DNA of 64,000 nucleotides from Acutalibacteraceae bacterium (lineage in GTDB: Bacteria; Bacillota; Clostridia; Oscillospirales; Acutalibacteraceae), in NCBI GenBank assembly GCA_045617665.1, contig JAZLIZ010000053.1, forward strand, positions 2,844 to 66,843, written 5' to 3'. The position numbers and the translations under genes are program-made. Below the pieces are notes generated by a model that saw nothing but the letters and a program-made list of their open reading frames with translations, was not told the DNA's origin and ran no database searches. Below, piece by piece: positions 49,035 to 58,722 of the stretch (its first letter is position 1; each line of letters begins with the position of its first letter).

Positions 49035-49045
49035 GGTGAAATGAA

Positions 49046-50008
49046 ATGTCTGATTATACTGTTGTATATTTTAACGCACTGGATAAAGGCTTTAATGTTG
49101 CATCCGTGTTGGCTGAATTTTCCCTTTTCGGAATGGATATTACAATTAGGTGGTACGGTGCAATTATTGCATTCGGCTTTTTGCTTGCCGTTCTTCTCGG
49201 CGGCAGAATTGCCTACACCTGGAAAATGTCGCTTGATAAAATGATAGATGTTCTGATTTACGGAACATTTTCCGGAATAATCGGTGCAAGGCTTTACTAT
49301 GTTTTTTCAAAGTGGGATTATTACGGAAAGCATCTCTCCGATATTCCCAAAATCTGGGAGGGCGGCCTTGCAATTTACGGCGGAGTGATTTTCGGACTGC
49401 TTGCGGCATATTTTGTCTGCAGGGCGGAAAAGCTCAGCTTCCTTAATCTTCTTGACTGCGCCGGCATTTCATTGCTTGTGGGTCAGGGGATAGGCCGCTG
49501 GGGCAACTTTGCAAATCAGGAGGCGTTCGGCACAAACACCGACCTGCCATGGGGAATGTTCAGCGAAAAAACACAGGCTTATTTAATTTCACACTATGAT
49601 GAAATAACGGCAAACGGAATAGCGGTTGACCCGTTAAAATCCGTTCACCCCACATTTCTTTATGAATCATTATGGTGTCTGCTTGGCGTCTTAGTGCTTT
49701 ATCTTGTTTGCAGAAAATTCAGAAAATTCAGCGGACAGATGATACTCTGGTACGGCGTATGGTACGGCTTTGAAAGAATGATAGTCGAGGGCTTGAGGAC
49801 AGACAGCCTCTACCTCGGCAGTACGGGTATCAGAACATCACAGCTTGTTTCGGGCATCCTTTTTGTCGGCTGCCTGATTGCGTTGATTGTGTTCACGGTA
49901 AAATATACGAAAAATCCGCAGCCCATAGACGGAATTGACTGTTTCAGTTCAGCAACCGAAGAGCAGAAAAAAGAGGGAGAGGAAAATACGGATGGCAGTA
50001 ATAATTGA
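49046..50008 (+). CDS. lgt: Prolipoprotein diacylglyceryl transferase
   Basis: IRWYG, GARLYYV, GGLAIYGG, GRWGNFANQEAFG, HPTFLYES. Confidence 0.96.
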   Translation: MSDYTVVYFNALDKGFNVASVLAEFSLFGMDITIRWYGAIIAFGFLLAVLLGGRIAYTWKMSLDKMIDVLIYGTFSGIIGARLYYVFSKWDYYGKHLSDIPKIWEGGLAIYGGVIFGLLAAYFVCRAEKLSFLNLLDCAGISLLVGQGIGRWGNFANQEAFGTNTDLPWGMFSEKTQAYLISHYDEITANGIAVDPLKSVHPTFLYESLWCLLGVLVLYLVCRKFRKFSGQMILWYGVWYGFERMIVEGLRTDSLYLGSTGIRTSQLVSGILFVGCLIALIVFTVKYTKNPQPIDGIDCFSSATEEQKKEGEENTDGSNN

Positions 50009-50849
50009 CGGAAAAAAGATCAGAGATTATAACCTTGACCTTATGAAAAATGAGGTGGCGGAGCTTAACGGCAAGGGTATATATCCCTGCCTTGCGGTAA
50101 TAATAGTCGGCAATGACCCCGCTTCAAGGATTTATGTTAATAATAAAAAAGCGGCTTGCGAAAAAATCGGCATAATTTCAAAGGAATATGCCATGCCGGA
50201 GGAAACAACCACCGATGAACTTCTGAAGCTGATTGATGAGCTTAATGCGGATAACAGCGTCAGCGGTATTCTCTGCCAGATGCCTGTTCCGAAGCACATT
50301 GATTCCACGGCAGTGCTTGAAAGAATAAATCCCTCAAAGGATGTGGACTGCTTCCACCCCTATAATGTGGGCAAGCTTGCCCACGGTGACGGTGTGCTCT
50401 TGCCCTGCACCCCCTGGGGAATGGTTAAAATGCTTGAATACCATAATGTTCAGATTGAGGGTAAGCACTGTGTAATCATCGGCAGAAGCGATATTGTGGG
50501 TAAGCCCATGGCAATGTTTATGCTTTCAAAAAATGCAACAGTAACCGTTTGCCATTCAAAAACAAAGAATCTTAAAGAGATGACAAAGCAGGCGGATATT
50601 CTTGTTGCCGCAGTCGGCAAGCCGAAATTCGTAACCGCCGATATGGTTAAGGACGGCGCAATCGTTCTTGATGTCGGTATGGACAGGGACGAAAACGGAA
50701 AGCTTTGCGGTGATGTTGATTTTGATGAGGTTGAGCCGAAGTCGTCAATGATAACCCCCGTGCCAGGCGGAGTAGGGCCTATGACAATTACAATGCTTAT
50801 GCAGAATACAATTACGGCTGAAAAAGCAAAGGCAAACGCATTGGATTAA
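49992..50849 (+). CDS. folD: Bifunctional methylene-THF dehydrogenase/cyclohydrolase
   Basis: YVNNK, KDVDCFHP, PCTP, GRSDIVGKP, TPVPGGVGPMT. Confidence 0.97.
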   Translation: MAVIIDGKKIRDYNLDLMKNEVAELNGKGIYPCLAVIIVGNDPASRIYVNNKKAACEKIGIISKEYAMPEETTTDELLKLIDELNADNSVSGILCQMPVPKHIDSTAVLERINPSKDVDCFHPYNVGKLAHGDGVLLPCTPWGMVKMLEYHNVQIEGKHCVIIGRSDIVGKPMAMFMLSKNATVTVCHSKTKNLKEMTKQADILVAAVGKPKFVTADMVKDGAIVLDVGMDRDENGKLCGDVDFDEVEPKSSMITPVPGGVGPMTITMLMQNTITAEKAKANALD

Positions 50850-50883
50850 ACTTTCAAAGAAAAATATTTATAATAAAAAACTC

Positions 50884-50912
50884 TTTACAAATTCAAAACA
50901 ATGTGGTAAAAT
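50884..50912 (+). promoter_or_regulatory. Sigma-A promoter of rpsO
   Basis: TTTACA, 17 bp, TAAAAT, with TG extension. Confidence 0.65.
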
Positions 50913-50921
50913 ACATTTCGC

Positions 50922-51000
50922 TTTTAACCCGATTCACGGTTTTCGGAGTAAGCCCCACGGGCATTCACCTGCCGTCTACTGAGATTCGAGGAATATATTT
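50922..51000 (+). promoter_or_regulatory. Putative S15 autoregulatory leader
   Basis: ~95-nt structured 5' UTR between promoter and rpsO; assigned by position, not aligned to a model. Confidence 0.5.
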
Positions 51001-51015
51001 AATGAGGTGAAAATT

Positions 51016-51279
51016 ATGACACAGGCAGAAAAGCAGGCAATTATGCAGGAGTATGCAACTCACGAGGGCGATACAGGTTCACCCGAAGTTCAGATTGCAG
51101 TTCTCACAAAGAGAATCAACGACCTTAACGAGCATCTTTCAGTTCACAAGAAAGACTTCCATTCAAGAAGAGGTCTTCTTATGATGGTTGGTCGCAGAAG
51201 AAACCTTCTCGCATATCTTCAGAAGAAAGATATTGAGCGTTACCGTGCAATCGTTGCAAAGCTCGGTCTTCGTAAGTAA
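51016..51279 (+). CDS. rpsO: 30S ribosomal protein S15
   Basis: [32 protein letters not shown]. Confidence 0.99.
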   Translation: MTQAEKQAIMQEYATHEGDTGSPEVQIAVLTKRINDLNEHLSVHKKDFHSRRGLLMMVGRRRNLLAYLQKKDIERYRAIVAKLGLRK

Positions 51280-51288
51280 TTGCAAAAT

Positions 51289-51327
51289 AAAAGCAGGTAG
51301 GAACGAAATCGTCTCCCGCCTGCTTTT
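51289..51327 (+). terminator. Intrinsic terminator after rpsO
   Basis: AAAAGCAGGTAGG...CCCGCCTGCTTTT. Confidence 0.75.
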
Positions 51328-51520
51328 CACACTTTTATACCCTTGAATTTGCTTAAAAAGGGTGTAAATCCCGTTATTTTTATCAAATCCAATCGGCAAG
51401 CCCGCCATCTTTTAGCGGTAAATCGAGGACTGAATAATGTCGGAAAAGGCGCTCTTCAATCCCGGATTTACAGCTAAAGTACGGGTGTGCCGTGGAAATA
51501 TTTTATGAGAGGTAAACCAA

Positions 51521-53698
51521 ATGTTTTTTGAAGCTTTCAAAAAGTATGAAACCGAAATTGCCGGCAGACCCTTTGTTGTCGAAGTCGGTAAAATGGCACA
51601 GCTTGCAGGCGGCTCTTGTCTTGTCCGTTACGGCGAAACAAATGTTCTCTGTACTGCAACCATGGCTCCCAAGCCCCGTGAAGGAGTAGATTTCTTCCCT
51701 CTTTCAGTTGACTATGAGGAGAAGCTCTATTCAGTAGGCAGAATTCCCGGCTCTTTCCAGAGAAGAGAGGGTAAGGCAAGCGAAAAGGCAACCCTTGCTT
51801 CCAGAGTTATTGACAGACCCATCCGTCCTCTTTTCCCCAAGGATATGAGAAACGATGTCGGCGTTGTTGCAACAGTTATGTCTGTTGACCCCGACTGTGA
51901 GCCCGGCATTACCGCAATGCTCGGTGTTTCAATCGCTATTTCAATTTCGGAAATTCCCTGGGACGGCCCCGTTTCAGGCGTTGTTGTAGGTCTTGTTGAC
52001 GGCGAATATGTTATTAACCCCACTCTTGAACAGAGAGAAAAGAGCGATATGTATGTTACCGTTGCTTCAACAAGCGACCTTGTTGCTATGATTGAAGCAG
52101 GTGCAAACGAAGTTTCCAATGACGATATGTATGACGGAATTATGTTTGCCCACAAAGAAAACCAGAAGATTGTTGAATTTATCAACAAGATTAAGGAAGA
52201 GTGCGGTAAGGAAAAGGTTGATTTTCCCTCAAATGACCCCGACCCCGAAATGTATGAGGCAATCAAGGATTTTGCCATTGAGGATATCCGCCTTGCTCTT
52301 GACACAGATGACAAGAGAATCCGTGATGAAAGACTTAAGCCTGTTTACGATAAGGTACACGAGAAATTCGATGAAAGCTATCCCGAAATGGAAGTTAAGA
52401 TTGAAGAATGTCTTTACAAGGTACAGAAATATGTTGTTCGCCGCTGGCTTCTTGATGACGGCAAGCGTGTTGACGGCAGAGGAATAAACGAAATCCGTCC
52501 TCTTAATGCAGAGGTTGACCTGCTTGACAGAGTTCACGGCTCAGGTATGTTCACAAGAGGTCAGACACAGGTTCTTTCAGTAACCACACTCGGACCTATG
52601 AGCGATATGCAGATGCTCGACGGTCTTGATGAAGAAGAGTCAAAGAGATATATTCATCACTATAATTTCCCCTCATATTCAGTTGGTGAAACAAAGCCCT
52701 CCAGAGGCCCCGGCAGAAGAGAAATCGGTCACGGTGCTCTTGCTGAGCGTTCACTTATTCCCGTTCTTCCCTCCGTTGAGGAATTCCCCTACACAATCCG
52801 TGTAGTTTCAGAGGTTCTTTCTTCAAACGGCTCAACCTCACAGGGCTCTGTTTGCGGCTCAACTCTTTCACTTATGGCTGCAGGCGTTCCCATTAAGGCT
52901 CCCGTTGCCGGTATCTCCTGCGGTCTTATTACCGAGGGCGACCGCTTTATGACTATGGTTGATATTCAGGGTCTTGAAGATTTCTTCGGCGATATGGACT
53001 TTAAGGTTGCCGGTACAAAGAAGGGTATCACATCAATTCAGATGGACCTTAAGGTTCACGGACTTACTCCCGCAATCATCAGAGAAGCTCTTGATAAGAC
53101 CTATAAGGCAAGATGCTACATCCTTGATGAAATTATGGCTCCCGTTATTGCAGAGCCCCGTAAGGAGCTTTCAAAGTGGGCACCCAAAATGGTTACCACC
53201 AAGATTGACCCCGAAAAAATCGGTGATGTTATCGGTAAGCAGGGTAAGGTTATTCAGAAGATTTGTGCTGACTGCAACTGCAAGATTGATGTTCAGGAGG
53301 ACGGCAGCGTATTCATTTCTTCAACCGATATCAATGATGCAAACAAGGCACTCTTCATTGTTGAAACAATTGCACAGGGACCTGACGAGGGTTCAATCTA
53401 TAACGGCGTTGTTACCCGCCTTATGAGCTTCGGAGCATTTGTTGAAATTGCTCCCGGAGTTGAGGGTATGGTTCACATCAGTCAGCTTGATGTTAAGAGA
53501 ACCGAAAAGGTTGAGGATGTTGTTCAGGTTGGCGATACTGTAATGGTTAAGGTTCTTCCCAAGGATGACCAGGGCAGGCTTAATTTCTCACGCCGTGAGG
53601 CTCTTATCGAGGTTAAGGGTCTTGTTCCCGAAAACGAGGTTTCAGATGCTCCCCGCAAGGAGTTCAGAGGCCCCAGAGGAAACAGAAGCCACAGATAA
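51521..53698 (+). CDS. pnp: Polyribonucleotide nucleotidyltransferase
   Basis: DFFPLSVDY, FTRGQTQ, RREIGHGALA, SNGSTS, GDMDFKVAGT, KH and S1 domains. Confidence 0.99.
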   Translation: MFFEAFKKYETEIAGRPFVVEVGKMAQLAGGSCLVRYGETNVLCTATMAPKPREGVDFFPLSVDYEEKLYSVGRIPGSFQRREGKASEKATLASRVIDRPIRPLFPKDMRNDVGVVATVMSVDPDCEPGITAMLGVSIAISISEIPWDGPVSGVVVGLVDGEYVINPTLEQREKSDMYVTVASTSDLVAMIEAGANEVSNDDMYDGIMFAHKENQKIVEFINKIKEECGKEKVDFPSNDPDPEMYEAIKDFAIEDIRLALDTDDKRIRDERLKPVYDKVHEKFDESYPEMEVKIEECLYKVQKYVVRRWLLDDGKRVDGRGINEIRPLNAEVDLLDRVHGSGMFTRGQTQVLSVTTLGPMSDMQMLDGLDEEESKRYIHHYNFPSYSVGETKPSRGPGRREIGHGALAERSLIPVLPSVEEFPYTIRVVSEVLSSNGSTSQGSVCGSTLSLMAAGVPIKAPVAGISCGLITEGDRFMTMVDIQGLEDFFGDMDFKVAGTKKGITSIQMDLKVHGLTPAIIREALDKTYKARCYILDEIMAPVIAEPRKELSKWAPKMVTTKIDPEKIGDVIGKQGKVIQKICADCNCKIDVQEDGSVFISSTDINDANKALFIVETIAQGPDEGSIYNGVVTRLMSFGAFVEIAPGVEGMVHISQLDVKRTEKVEDVVQVGDTVMVKVLPKDDQGRLNFSRREALIEVKGLVPENEVSDAPRKEFRGPRGNRSHR

Positions 53699-53714
53699 GG
53701 CAAAATGAATCATT

Positions 53715-53750
53715 AAACGGGTAATCGGAATTTTCCTATTACCCGTTTTT
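53715..53750 (+). terminator. Intrinsic terminator after pnp
   Basis: AAACGGGTAAT / ATTACCCGTTT followed by T-run. Confidence 0.75.
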
Positions 53751-53791
53751 CAGAATTATAACATTAAATTTTTATCAAAGCAGGTGTTATT

Positions 53792-56700
53792 ATGGAACAG
53801 GACCGTAAAATATACACAATAGGTGATGCTCACCTTGATACATCATGGGTTTGGACCTTTGAAACCACGGTTGAGGAGTATATTCCGAAAACTCTCAGAG
53901 AAAATTTTTCTCTTTTTGAAAAATATCCCGAATATAAATTTAATTTTGAGGGCAGTTACCGTTATGAGCTGATGAAAGAATACTACCCTGAGGAATATGA
54001 AAAATTAAAGGGATATATAAAAGAGGGCAGATGGAATACCTGCGGCAGCTGTTATGAAAACGGTGATGTAAATATTCCCTCGCCCGAATCACTCATCCGT
54101 AATGTTATTTACGGTAACGGCTATTTCAGAGATGAATTCGGCACGGAGTCAAACGATATTTTTCTGCCCGACTGCTTCGGCTTCGGCAAGGCTCTTCCCG
54201 GTATTGCCGCCCATTGCGGAATAAAGGGCTTTTCAACACAAAAGCTTTCATGGGGCTGCTGTGTGCCTGTTCCCTTTGATATAGGTAAGTGGACATCAAT
54301 TGACGGCAAATTCCTCTGGTGTGCGCTTATGACCGGAAATTACACATCCGTTCTCAAAAATGTCAGAGATGATAAGAGATTAAACGAAAAGCTTGAGAGA
54401 AACTATCAGAAATACGGTCTTGACCGCACTATGGAATACCACGGTGTAGGTGACCGTGGCGGCGCTCCGAAGGAGGAATCCGTTAAAACCGTTGTTAAAG
54501 AGCTTCGTGATAACCCCACAAGCAGAATCAAAGTTCTTGCATCAACTACACAGGAATTTTTTGATGATATGGAGGCCCTGCCCGAGGAAATCAAAAGCAA
54601 GCTTCCCGTTCACGAGGGTGAATTTCTGATGACAGAGCACGGCGCAGGCAGTTATACCACAAGAACAGCATCCAAGAGATTTAACAGAAGATGTGAGCTT
54701 CTTGCCGATGCCGCAGAAAGAACAGCCGTTTCATCCTTTATTCTCGGTCTTTCGGATTATCCGCAGAATGTTCTTGATACTGCGTGGAAAAGGACTATTG
54801 CCCATCAGTTCCATGATGATATTACAGGAACATCGTGGATGATAGATTACAAGAGAAACTGGAACGATTATGTTCAGGCTCTTAACAGCTTTTCAACCGA
54901 ATATACAGCCGGCGTCAGAGCAATAACCGGTCAAATGGATACAAGCTTTGCAAAGGGTATTGCGGTTGCCGTTTCAAACAATGTTCAGTCTGCAAAAACT
55001 GTTAAGCAGGCTGTCAGCACAGAGGTTGACGGTGAATTTTTGCCGGAATATGTAAGAGTATTTGACCGTAAGGGCAAGGAGGTTCCCTCACAGCTTCTTG
55101 CTTTGAAAAACGGTAAAAAGAAGGTTACATTCATTGCCGAAATCCCCTCAAACGGTATTGCGGTTTACGATGTTCAGCCCTCATCCGCACCCTATAAAGA
55201 AAACACAGGTCTTTTCCTTGACGGTAAGACCGTTGAAAATAAGAGATATATTCTCAAAATTGACACAAACGGCGATATTTCAAGCCTTTTTGATAAGAAG
55301 CTTGATAAGGAGCTTCTTAAAGCGCCCGTCCGCCTTCAGCTCATAAATGATGTTCAGATTTACCACTATTCCGCATGGGAGGTGAAATATAAGGACATTA
55401 TGAGCAAGCCCTATGCCTACGCCGAAGAGCCGATGTGCATAGTTGTTGATAACGGCCCTGCTCTCTGTACTCTTGAAATCGTCAGAAAAATCGGCAAATC
55501 GTCAATCAAGCAGTTCATTTCTCTTGATGCCGAAAGCGATTTTGTCAATGTTTATAATGAGCTTGACTGGAGAAACGAATCCTCAAACCTTAAGGTTGCT
55601 TTTCCGTTCAGCGCAAAGAATGAGAACGCAAGCTATGATATAGGCCTGGGTTATTATCAAAGGCCCACCAACACAAAGGAATGCTTTGAGGTTCCTGCAC
55701 AGAGATGGGCTGATATTACAGATGAAGAAGAAAATTACGGCGTTGCAGTTCTCAGCGATTCCCGTTTCGGATGGGATAAGCCGAATAAAAACACTCTCCG
55801 TCTGACTGCCGTTCATTCCGCAACAAACAGTTATATGTGCCAGTGCTGTCAGCACATTGCGGATTTCGGTATCAACAGATTTTCGTTCGGAATCTGCGGC
55901 CACGAGGGTAAGCCCGATTATGTTCAGTCGGTTGCAGATTTGTTCTGCCAGCCGATGCACACATTTGTTGTTGATAAGCACAGCGGTGAGGCAGAGGCAA
56001 GCTGTTCTCTGTGCTCCGTTGACAGCGATACAGTCCGTATTCTCGGCATAAAGAAAGCACAGAAGAGCGATGATATTGTTATCCGCCTTGTTGAATACAC
56101 AGGCGAAAAGCAGGAAAAAGTATTCTTAAGCTTTACCTTGCCTGTCGCCGGTGCAAAGGAAATCACGGGTGATGAGCAGGTGCTCGGTGATGTGTGCGTT
56201 GAAAACGGAAAGCTTGTTCTTGACTTTGAGCCTCACCAAATCAGAAGCTTTATGTTTAAATTTGACGGTGTTAAGACTTATGAAAAGAAAAACGGCGTAA
56301 TCGACCTGCCCTTTGACACGGAAATCTCATCATATAACGGCGATGAAAAGAAAGATAAGCTTGCAGGCTACAGTATCCCCGCAGAGCTTATTCCCGAAAA
56401 AATTACTGAGGGCGGAATAGAATATTCGCTAAAAAAAGACGGCGTAAACGCTCTTACCTGCCGTGGTCAGGTTATTGCAGTTCCCGAAAATGCAAAATCG
56501 GTTCATTTCCTTCTGACATCCGTTTCCGGCGACAGATTTGCAGTTTTCTCCGTTGACGGCAAAGAAACCGAAGCGGTTGTTCAGAACTGCTTTGAGGCAG
56601 TCGGTGCTTGGGACCTTATAGGTCTTGGTGAAACGGGATATATCAAGAAAAATCCGCAGTATCTTACCTTTACTCATACCCATTCCGCAAAGGGTGATGA

Positions 56701-57109
56701 AATTGCAAAGCAGTTCTATGTTTTCCATACCGCCCTTGAATGTGACGGCTGTGCTGAAATAAAACTGCCGGAAGATGACCGCATTGTAATTCTTGCCGCT
56801 TCTTATGACGAAAACGGTAACAGCGCAGTTCCGACTGATGAGCATTTTGATTCTCTTGAAAAGAGAGAAAATGATTATGTTCTTTCAAAGTATGCAAAGA
56901 AGTATCTCTATGAAACACCCTTTGAAACAAAGATGAACAGGCTTAAAGAAAGGGTTGAATATGCTAACACCAACAATTTCTTTACGCCGGAGCGCAGAGA
57001 TAAGCTTGCGGAAAGAATAAAAGACCATAAAGAAAACAAATCAGAAAGAATCAAAAAACGCAGAGCATTCAGAGTAAAGCTCGGCAGAAAGCTCGGAAAG
57101 AATATTTAA
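53792..57109 (+). CDS. Alpha-mannosidase, glycoside hydrolase family 38
   Basis: AHLDTSWVW, FLPDCFGF, HGVGDRGG, HQFHDDITGTS, FEVPAQRWAD. Confidence 0.92.
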   Translation: MEQDRKIYTIGDAHLDTSWVWTFETTVEEYIPKTLRENFSLFEKYPEYKFNFEGSYRYELMKEYYPEEYEKLKGYIKEGRWNTCGSCYENGDVNIPSPESLIRNVIYGNGYFRDEFGTESNDIFLPDCFGFGKALPGIAAHCGIKGFSTQKLSWGCCVPVPFDIGKWTSIDGKFLWCALMTGNYTSVLKNVRDDKRLNEKLERNYQKYGLDRTMEYHGVGDRGGAPKEESVKTVVKELRDNPTSRIKVLASTTQEFFDDMEALPEEIKSKLPVHEGEFLMTEHGAGSYTTRTASKRFNRRCELLADAAERTAVSSFILGLSDYPQNVLDTAWKRTIAHQFHDDITGTSWMIDYKRNWNDYVQALNSFSTEYTAGVRAITGQMDTSFAKGIAVAVSNNVQSAKTVKQAVSTEVDGEFLPEYVRVFDRKGKEVPSQLLALKNGKKKVTFIAEIPSNGIAVYDVQPSSAPYKENTGLFLDGKTVENKRYILKIDTNGDISSLFDKKLDKELLKAPVRLQLINDVQIYHYSAWEVKYKDIMSKPYAYAEEPMCIVVDNGPALCTLEIVRKIGKSSIKQFISLDAESDFVNVYNELDWRNESSNLKVAFPFSAKNENASYDIGLGYYQRPTNTKECFEVPAQRWADITDEEENYGVAVLSDSRFGWDKPNKNTLRLTAVHSATNSYMCQCCQHIADFGINRFSFGICGHEGKPDYVQSVADLFCQPMHTFVVDKHSGEAEASCSLCSVDSDTVRILGIKKAQKSDDIVIRLVEYTGEKQEKVFLSFTLPVAGAKEITGDEQVLGDVCVENGKLVLDFEPHQIRSFMFKFDGVKTYEKKNGVIDLPFDTEISSYNGDEKKDKLAGYSIPAELIPEKITEGGIEYSLKKDGVNALTCRGQVIAVPENAKSVHFLLTSVSGDRFAVFSVDGKETEAVVQNCFEAVGAWDLIGLGETGYIKKNPQYLTFTHTHSAKGDEIAKQFYVFHTALECDGCAEIKLPEDDRIVILAASYDENGNSAVPTDEHFDSLEKRENDYVLSKYAKKYLYETPFETKMNRLKERVEYANTNNFFTPERRDKLAERIKDHKENKSERIKKRRAFRVKLGRKLGKNI

Positions 57110-57110
57110 T

Positions 57111-57152
57111 AAAAAGAGGATTGCTGCCGTGAAAGCGGTGACAATCCTCTTG
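57111..57152. terminator. Bidirectional terminator
   Basis: AAGAGGATTG...CAATCCTCTT between convergent genes. Confidence 0.7.
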
Positions 57153-57171
57153 TGCTTGTGTGCAGAAATTA

Positions 57172-57414
57172 TTATTTCAGTTCCTTAAACATCAATGAAG
57201 CATTTTCCTTGGTGGCATATTCATTTATGCTTAAAACCTCAAATTTTGATGTTTTTGAGCCGAAGGTTATTTCAATAATATCTCCGATTTTAACATCGTA
57301 TGATGCTCTTTGAGGCCTGCCGTTAACAGAAACATGCTGTGCATCACAGGCTTCGTTTGCAACAGTTCTTCTCTTTATTATTCTTGAAACCTTAAGGTAT
57401 TTATCAAGTCGCAT
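57172..57414 (-). CDS. RNA-binding S4 domain protein (YabO/RqcP-like)
   Basis: MRLDKYLKVSRIIKRRTVANEACD. Confidence 0.93.
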   Translation of the reverse strand: MRLDKYLKVSRIIKRRTVANEACDAQHVSVNGRPQRASYDVKIGDIIEITFGSKTSKFEVLSINEYATKENASLMFKELK

Positions 57415-57567
57415 ATTATTTTCTCCTTGCTTTTTGTATAATTTATTATATCACCGAATTTATCTTAAATCCATACAAAAGAGCGATATTTCAAAAAAAT
57501 CTTGCAAAATATATTATATATTAGTATAATTATAATAGAAATTTATTTTTGAAATCGGGAAAATATT

Positions 57568-57852
57568 ATGAAAGATAAAAAGAAGCTTATCATCGTTTCC
57601 GTAATCCTTGTTGTTTTTCTTGTATTTGCAGTTGCGCTTGCAAAAAGAATGATAAGAACAAGCAGACAAAAGGAAGAAATTGCTTCCCTTAAACAGACCG
57701 TTTCACAGATTGAAGAAGAAAACAGTAATCTTAAAGAAACTCTTTCTGATACCGAGGATGAATCCTATATGGAAAAAATCGCAAGGGATAACGGTTATGT
57801 TTACCCGGAAGAGCGTATTTATTATGATTCCGATGCCAAAGAGGGCAACTGA
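57568..57852 (+). CDS. Septum formation initiator (DivIC/FtsB family)
   Basis: TM helix, coiled coil, YMEKIARDNGYVYPEERIY. Confidence 0.85.
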   Translation: MKDKKKLIIVSVILVVFLVFAVALAKRMIRTSRQKEEIASLKQTVSQIEEENSNLKETLSDTEDESYMEKIARDNGYVYPEERIYYDSDAKEGN

Positions 57853-57866
57853 AATAGAGATTGATT

Positions 57867-58709
57867 ATGATTAGAGAAATAGATACCTCGTCTGTAATCG
57901 AGGCTGTTAAAAAGGGCTGCATTGATGCAAATAAGAATTTGCCGGCAGACCTTGAAAAAAGAATAAACGAATGTACAGCCTGTGAAAATCCGGGGCTTGC
58001 AAAATCGGTTATGGAATGTCTTTGCGACAATATGAATTCCGCAAGAGCGCTTGATATTCCCGTTTGCCAGGATACGGGTATGGCTGTAATTTTTGCCGAA
58101 ATCGGCAGAGATGTGCATTTCAGCTCCGATTTTGAAGCGGCAGTAAACGAGGGTGTAAGGCAGGGCTATACGGAGGGATATCTGCGTAAAAGTGTTGTCA
58201 GTGACCCTCTTGAAAGAATAAATACAGGTGATAATACCCCTGCGGTTATTCACACAAAAATCACCGAGGGTGACAGGGTAAAGCTGACCATAGCGCCAAA
58301 GGGCTTCGGCAGTGAAAATATGAGCACAGTTAAAATGTTTACCCCTGCCGCCGCAAGAGAAGATATAGAAAGCTTTGTTGTTGAGGCAGTAAAAAATGCA
58401 GGTAGTAATCCGTGCCCTCCCGTTGTTGTGGGGGTTGGAATCGGCGGCACATTTGAAAAGTGTGCTTTACTTTCAAAGCAGGCGCTTTGCAGAAGCATAT
58501 CCGTGCCGAACGGTACTCCCTATTATGCTGAAATGGAAAAAAGTATTCTGAATAAGCTGAATGAGCTTAACATAGGGCCGCAGGGCTTCGGCGGTAAAAC
58601 AACAGCACTTGCGATTGCAATTGAGGTTTACCCGACACATATTGCAGGTCTGCCTGTTGCAGTCAATATGGGCTGCCATGTTACAAGGCATATCACAGTT
58701 ACGATTTAA
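57867..58709 (+). CDS. Fe-S hydro-lyase, fumarate hydratase/tartrate dehydratase alpha subunit
   Basis: PVCQDTG, KGFGSENMS, AGSNPCPP, YPTHIAGLPVAVNMGCHVTRH. Confidence 0.92.
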   Translation: MIREIDTSSVIEAVKKGCIDANKNLPADLEKRINECTACENPGLAKSVMECLCDNMNSARALDIPVCQDTGMAVIFAEIGRDVHFSSDFEAAVNEGVRQGYTEGYLRKSVVSDPLERINTGDNTPAVIHTKITEGDRVKLTIAPKGFGSENMSTVKMFTPAAAREDIESFVVEAVKNAGSNPCPPVVVGVGIGGTFEKCALLSKQALCRSISVPNGTPYYAEMEKSILNKLNELNIGPQGFGGKTTALAIAIEVYPTHIAGLPVAVNMGCHVTRHITVTI

Positions 58710-58722
58710 TTGAGGAAATGTA

